Shown here one piece after another: positions 11,250 to 35,404 of a stretch of 35,404 nt of DNA. The stretch is from Bipalium vagum (Eukaryota): NCBI GenBank assembly GCA_037834085.1, contig JBBMKC010207264.1, forward strand, positions 1 to 35,404, in the 5' to 3' direction. The translations under genes and the position numbers were made by a program. Position 1 is the stretch's first letter, and the number at the start of each line of letters is the position of its first letter. The notes below the pieces were generated by a model. The model saw nothing but the letters and a program-made list of their open reading frames with translations. It did not search any database and was not told the DNA's origin.

Positions 11250-11674
11250 ATATTTTTCTTCTGACAGATCTTTTGTCATGGTTTTTTATACGGTGTTTGC
11301 CTTTTTATTTCTTTTTAACAAAAATAGTAAGTCAAGTATGTTGAAGAAAGGATAATTGCGCAGTGAAGGGTGGTTTGTGAACACTTCTTCCATGATTCTC
11401 ATATTTACAATAAAATGGAGGTGAGGGATTTTCGCCACTTCTAGAACCAGGCCTCAAAAGGGACTTGAAAATTTTGAAAAAGATGATTGACTATCAACTG
11501 GGTTTGAGATACGGAATAATCGTGAACCAGTGCAGTTATATTCTTGTGTAGTCATTTGTAAATAAGAATTTAAAATCGAAGCAATAATAATAATATATTT
11601 TATTAAATCCAATTAACCAAACAAACTTTTCAAACTTGGACCTCACCTTTTATTAAGATTATAAGATTATTATA

Positions 11675-12360
11675 AGTCTCTCCCTAATAGTTCTAAATTG
11701 TCGTTCGATCTGGCCATTTGTGTTATCGTGATATTGGCTTGAGAACCGTAGTTCTGAATTTATACTCTTCGCGAACGCTGCCATCTTCTTTGACTCAAAT
11801 GTTTTTGCGCAATCCACATTGATAGTCTTGAGACTACCAAACTTGAAAACTCAACTTTTTTTATCACCTCTATAATTGTCTCTTCGTCCTACCTTGCTAT
11901 CGCAGTTAAACAGATATATTTACTGTACTGATCTATTATGCATAGGATGTACTTTTCTTTCTCCTGATTTCCGTTAACGGACCGCAAATATCGACATAAA
12001 TGTTCTCAAACATTTCAGATGCTTCCAATTTCACTGTGGCCTCTTTTGTTGCTGATGTAATCACTTTATGCTTCTGACACGCTTCACATCCTGAACATAC
12101 CCTCCGTACTTTACTCCGCAAACCCGTTATATCATGTTTTCCCTTCATATATTCTACGACCTTCTCAGTACCTGCATAAGCCAACAATCTATGAACATGT
12201 CATATCAAGTTCTTTTCTGCATCGTTAACATCTTTTGTGCCTATTGCATCCAACATCCTGACTTTCATCTTTCCCTTCTTTGCCTCCTCATGCGCTAATT
12301 GGCAGTGACTACATGTTTCGTATCTTGGTCTAGATAACAAATCTGCGTTCGTATGTAGGC
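11675..12360 (-). mobile_element. Ty3/gypsy integrase remnant
   Basis: HTNADLLSR, zinc-binding HRLLAYAG...CEAC, core FENIYVDICGPL, IIDQYSKY, FGSLKTINVDC and YHDNTNGQIERQFRTI. Confidence 0.9.
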
Positions 12361-12404
12361 ACGTATAAGCACTTATAGGAATTCAGGACGATTAATCATG
12401 ACAA

Positions 12405-12583
12405 TTATGGAGACTACGAGTTCAGGATGATGACGCAGGTATATCAGACTTTCCGTGGACAATGACAACGCGAAAGGATTTTACAAGGGCACCTAGCGAG
12501 CTTGGGAACCCCTAGGTGACCTGAGAAGGGCCTAGAGGGCGGCCCGGGGAGCACTTGTCACTGTTAGTGAGACCGTTTTTTTT
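12405..12583 (+). ncRNA. Candidate degenerate 7SL/SRP RNA-derived sequence
   Basis: Collinear anchors to metazoan 7SL as recalled from memory: GAGTTC, helix-6-like and helix-7-like hairpins, GGCCC..GGAGCA, TAGTGAGACC and then a T-run. The helix 8 apex and much of the 3' strand are missing. Confidence 0.35.
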
Positions 12584-13151
12584 TGTGATGGTGATACTTT
12601 CCAAACTTCTCTTGGTGATTTTCTATTTCTCTCTCGTCTCATTAATAGTAGTGTGTTTATTTTTTTATTATTTATTTTCAGTTGTTGGACTTATTATAGA
12701 CTTATCGCGGTGATCAGTATATTAGGGATTGTGTTTTTTATCAATAAAGTTTTATTTTGGAAGTTTTAATAAAATAGTTTTGAATTAATTAATTTTATTT
12801 TGTGTATCCTTTTGGTCCATAAATTATATTTTTATCAATTTTTCTTGTAAATGTAATTTCTCCATGTATATTATAAAAAGTTCTTTTATAAAATCTTAGA
12901 AATCCAAACATTAATTTTAATGGAATTTCTCCTGTATATTTTGAAATTTTACTTTCTTGGGCTTTGCTCGTATTTTATGAATATAAACTTTTTCTAATTT
13001 TATATCCTTTATTATTTGTGGTTGGATCTTCAATCATTACAAAATTTGTTATAGAATGTGATTTTTGAATTTTTTCTAGATATGACGAATCTAATTTTAA
13101 AGTCACTTTAGAAAACAAATAAGAATTGAAATTGATTTGTAAAGTTATATT

Positions 13152-13480
13152 GGTAGCATGCCGTAAAAATAGGGTCCCTCTTGTTTTAATACATCAAAAT
13201 TACTACCGAGGATAAAACCAAGGTAACAGAGTTTTTTTTAATTTAACTTATTTTAGCATACAAAATTGGTATAGAAAGACAACAAATTTTATTAATATTT
13301 AATAAAAAATTATATTTATCGGTGGCATTTTTAATGCCAAAATTATGAAAAAAATAAATTATAAAAAAGTTATTGAATTATAGAAAAAATATTTGATTAA
13401 AATTATGAATGGATTTGTGACCTTCAAAAAATGTATTGATGCTTTAAAATAAATGGGACTCCACTTTATGGCATGCTACC
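13152..13480. mobile_element. Non-autonomous DNA transposon with about 26-bp imperfect TIRs (Merlin-like GG ends)
   Basis: Left end GGTAGCATGCCGTAAAAATAGGGTCCC; right end reverse complement GGTAGCATGCCATAAAGTGGAGTCCC. Flanks are AT-rich, so any target-site duplication is degenerate. Confidence 0.8.
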
Positions 13481-15371
13481 TATTTTATTTTAAAATTTTC
13501 TAGTTTATCATTCTGACAAGAATTCTTATTAAACCGAACCTTCTCCCCATGCTTGGTTAATAATTCGTGTTGCTTCTCTTGCATTATGAGCACATTTAAT
13601 ATCAAGAAACATAATTAGTTGACATATGTCATTATTACTTAATTTCATCTCCTGAGATTCAAAAAATCTAAAAAGTAAATAGAAAGTTATAATTATTTGA
13701 CAGAAATTTAAAATCTTCGATTTAATATATTAAATTAGATAAATCAAACAATTTTTTAATAAAAAGAACCATAAAAACAGTTAATTAAAGATCAGCAAAT
13801 TCATATGTAACAACCTCATACATATATATTCATTTTTTTATATATCATATTATATATTATCATATTATATATTATATTTTTATTATCATATTTTATTATT
13901 ATATTTCTAATATTAATCTTAATGTTGCAGATATTTTGAATTTATAACATAAATACATAACTGATATCATTTCATCCTATTAGCCAAACTAAATAACTTT
14001 TTCCAGTGTTTGATTTATTAATAAGTTGATACACTTTGATGGCAATTATTTTAAATCGTTTTTTATATAAAGTACATAAAGTTTGCTGTATAATTACTAT
14101 GTACATCTTCTTTTCATATATAATTCATGTGTTCTAAGATAATATTTTTAGATTTCACTGTGTATAAAAATTATTTTTCGAACATTGATTTTTTAATGAC
14201 TTAGTAGGATATTATCTTCTTAGAAGTATAATGCAGAGAAAATAACTTAATTTTTTAAAATTATATATTATTCATTAATATACATAATAAAGGATAGGTT
14301 TCTTAAATCAACGTTATTGGAGTGTACTTCTAAATATGAGTTTTATTATTTTTATATAGAAGATAACCTGTGACAATATTCTATTAAAAAAACCCTCAGA
14401 ATTTGCCCACTAAGTTTAATATTTATTATAAATATTTTTTCAATAGAATTTTTTAATGCAAGTTTATTAGGAAAAGATCACCTCAAAATATTTTTTAGAG
14501 AAAAATATATAAAAAATCTAAAAAATATTTTTTAGTTATGAACTGTTTCCAATAAGAACATTAAAATATAAATATATATATAAGCATTTGAACCTTTTAC
14601 TGATAAATTTATAATGAAGACATAAGATATGATGAGCACCTCAAAAGTGATAATCATAAAAAGGAAACATATTTTGAGACGACTTTCGAAATCTCAAAAA
14701 TGTAATAAGTTTCCTATTTTATAATATTAGATCATCGAATTTTTTTCAAAATTCTTTACTTGAATATTATGGAACTTTTTTAATATTATTTTTCTTTTCT
14801 TTAATAAAAAACAAGAATAAGTTGATAATAACTATAAATATGATTTCTCCTGTTATTTAATAAAAATATAATTAAAGTGTTCATATTATATAAATTAAAA
14901 GAATTTTCAATAATCAAGTATAAAGACTAAACCTTTTAATATTAAACTATAAAAATAAATTAATATTAAAAATGTGGGACTTCAAATAATAAATCAATAT
15001 TATTATTAATACAATGTAGCATTATTTGTACAAGTCATATTTGATTAATAATTCATTTTTAAAATTTTATGTATCAAATAAAATTAACTAATTTTGTTAA
15101 AATATTTAAATATTTTAATAAGTTTCAATTATAATGCGAACAAAGTTTTGGAAAAATTTCTAAGTGTAAAATTTTAATTAGTTAAATATTACAAAACCTG
15201 AAAAATAATTAAGTAATTTTAAAAATATAGCTAAAAAAATTACTATTTTCGCAAAAGTTAATTAATATAGAAATTACTTTGTCTAATATCAACAATTTCG
15301 GTTTGTTTAAATTATTCACATATAAACTAATAATTTAAACTCCCGTTATTGTATAAGAAAATTAAATCATT

Positions 15372-32315
<16,944 letters not shown>

Positions 32316-33278
32316 TAATTTGAAAGAATATTTTTAAAATAACTTGCAGTTGATACTGAATTAGAGTATTATTATTATATTATTATATTATTAATATTAT
32401 TATTATTATTTTTATTTTTATTGTTTTCAATATAAAAAATTATTGTTAGTATTTTTATTGAAAATGTGAAAAAAACTTTTTGATAATTACTGAAATTGAT
32501 GGTAGAAAAATATGGCTTTTTAAAAATGCATAATTCAGTAAAAACGAAAACTTGTATTAAATATTGAATAATAATGAATGATTTTCAGATGTCTTAGAAA
32601 TAGTACAGTATTTGAATCAAATATCTGATGATAAACGTTGTTTTCCACGCTACATAATATCAAATTATCTCAAAAAAATCTTCTATAAAATACATAAAAT
32701 TAATATTATATATTTCATACTATTGTCAATAATGATGTCCAATATATTTTTTATGGGTGTACAAGTCCTTAACTATTCTTTATAGATATGAGGTTTAAGA
32801 TTACCCCATGTTTATGCCTTTTTTCATTAATAGATAACATAATAAGAATTCAGGAAACCATTTTATTTATGGTATGTCATAAATCATTGTATTAAATAAT
32901 TATTTTTCTGTGACTCGTATGTTTTTGCAAATATCTTTATCAATAGATATTGTTAAATTTGTAAAAAGTAATTAACTAATTGAATTTTAAAGCGAAGGAT
33001 AATTATAATATTTCCATGATTATCAAGTTCGACTTTTCATCAGAAAATTATGTCTTAAACAAATTCAGATAAAATTAATAAATCAGGATGTAAGAGTTAC
33101 ATTTAAAAAAATATTTTGTATATTCCGGAAAAAATAGGTTTTAAATTTGTATTTTTGTTTTTTTCTAATACTAGTGATACTTTAAATTTTGATTTCAGAT
33201 AAATCTGTTGATTTTGGAAATTCAACAAACAATTTTTAAAATTTATATATAAATGGTTTTTAATTTTCTTTGATTATG

Positions 33279-33317
<39 letters not shown>

Positions 33318-33345
33318 TATTTTTTTTTATTATTATTATTATTAA
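33279..33345 (+). repeat. (TTA)n microsatellite
   Basis: Direct reading; interrupted by a T-run. Confidence 0.9.
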
Positions 33346-35335
33346 TTTTAATTTAAATTTAATTATTATTTATTTTCGAAGTACATTTCATTTTTATTGA
33401 AAATATTGTTTTTTTCAAATTGAAAGTTAATTTTTAAAATAATAATTAATACCATTTTTTAATATTATTTATATCGATAATAATAAGCAAAACTTTTAAA
33501 GTCTAAAACGAACTTTCAATTTGATAACCCTAATAATTATTTTTAAAATACTTTAAGTATTTGATTAATAATTTAATATTTTATAATGTAGTATTTTATA
33601 ACTAAAATAGCTTAAAGTTTACTATAAATTAAGTTATTTATTTTGTCATTCCAATCAAAGATCATGTTTTATGTTTATTAATGTTCCACATAAATATCTC
33701 GCATTTTTATAAAAGTGCTTAAAGAATTAAAAATTCGAGAGATGATTATCATATGGTAATTTTCTGTGATTTATATATTTTTATGATATCCTCAAATAAC
33801 CATTTAATTTGAATGGTTTAGAATACCTAAAGTAATTAATTAAATTTAAATTTATGTATTTTATAAAAACTTAGTTCAATAATTTTTGTTACTTCTTTCT
33901 GGATCTCCTATTACTTTATATAAAATAATTTTAATGTCAAATTCTTAATATTAATATTTCAAAAAACGAAGTTATGTATAGTAGGTGGTTAACAAAAGAA
34001 TTTTGAAGAAATTAATAGTTTAGTGATTGTTTACCTAGTTCTATATCCGATCGTTAAATGAAAATGATTTTATTTCACAAATTTTGCGAGAATATTTTTA
34101 AAATATTTTGGTTTATTGCCAAATTTTCAATCGTGTAATTATTTTAATTAGCTTAGAGTATTTTTAAAAAATTCTTTAGATATACTTTTGAAAATAAAAT
34201 ATTGTAGTATTTTCTATAATTATTCAAAATGGAGCTTTTTCAGATTACCAAAACAGTAATTAATTGAATTAATTGATTTTTAACTGAAATCAATCATAGT
34301 CGTTAAAAGCTGACCATATTCAACATTAACCTTGATAATCTAATTAATTAAAATAGCAACACGTAGGTTTTTATAATACATTGAACTTTCTAAACCTTCG
34401 GATTTGCCAATTTTTGTTTGCAGATTACTTTACCCCATTGTATGTGTTGTATTTTAAGATTATCAAAAATATTAATTAAGATCAAATATATAAAATAGTT
34501 TATTCTCCTTTAAACCTTTGAATTAAGTGTTATCAATCTTAAAGAATATTTTAAAATGTATTCTGGAATCTTTGATTTAAGGATTATATTATTTATTATC
34601 TGATTTAAATTTTATAAGATATTAGGAATTTTTAAAGAAAATTCATTAAACGTTGAATATAAATAAATTAAGTATAAAATTATAAATAATCTTAAAGAAA
34701 ATAAATTTTTTAAATATTTAAATTTTGATAAATGTTGAAAATTGTTTATTAATCAATTTAGAAATAAACTAATCAATAAAATAAACAATTACTGAAATAT
34801 TTATAAAAGTTTGTAAAATTTATTCATTACAAAACTGAAAGTAAATTTAAAGAAACTTAGTAAAATAATATTTTCTTAAAATTCATTTAAATGCTGATGA
34901 AATCAAATGTTTTTAAGTAATGAAATTATAAATAATTAAAATAAATTAGAAATTATTTTGTAATTATTTTTGAAATTTATTAATTTGAACTTCATCAAAA
35001 TAAATGCTTAATTTTTCAGAAAGTGAAACATCTCTTCTGCACTTTATAATTAATTAATAAGTTCATAATTTAAATAAGTTTTATAAAATATATTAGATAC
35101 CATAATTTTCATCTTTTTAAAATTTATCTTGTTGCCCACACCATTTCAGTATGTGATTAAATTAAATCTTTCCAGAAATAATGGAAAAAAATAATTTGTT
35201 CTTAAAATTTGTTAAAATCCGTTTTTGACATAACAATTGAAATTTTTGCAATTTGACGTTTCATATTAAGCGTTTTAATAAATAGTTTTTGTACAATCTT
35301 TTAATTTGCTTAATTGACTTATTTTTAATTAATAA

Positions 35336-35404
<69 letters not shown>
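35336..35404 (+). repeat. (TTA)n microsatellite at window end
   Basis: Perfect ATT repeat running to the end of the sequence. Confidence 0.95.

Noticed and set aside
11340-11570. THAP-like RVVCEHFF fragment
   Set aside because: A single short motif with no upstream CxxxxC; could be chance.
12520-12560. HDV-like ribozyme on the minus strand (GC-TCCCCGG-GC resembles the L3 loop)
   Set aside because: No matching P1 5' strand or P2 partner could be found.

Overview
Very AT-rich eukaryotic genomic DNA, most likely from an invertebrate animal, bounded at both ends by (TAA/TTA)n microsatellite. It holds two spliced protein-coding genes arranged head to head. The first is a complete 6-exon DNAJB11/ERdj3 gene on the minus strand (3850-6119, 362 aa reconstructed by hand), with an ERSE-like CCAAT-N9-CCAC element just upstream. 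The second is an AHCYL1/2 (IRBIT-type adenosylhomocysteinase-like) gene on the plus strand, with 9 exons visible (15372-32300); its 3' exons lie beyond the window. Introns are either tiny (45-100 nt) or swollen with decayed transposons (up to 10.9 kb). Intergenic and intronic space holds remnants of mariner, Tc1, DD41D/rosa-like and Merlin DNA transposons, Ty3/gypsy LTR elements and an REL-type non-LTR element, plus MITE-like inverted repeats and a tRNA-Ala 3' half. The most interesting unexplained signals are a GC-rich island collinear with 7SL/SRP RNA (about 12405-12583), an in-frame alternative N-terminal exon of IRBIT (15903-16281), and a long nested GC-rich stem-loop (422-513). All calls come from manual reading and translation; no database searches were run, and no clearly novel multi-gene system can be demonstrated from this window.
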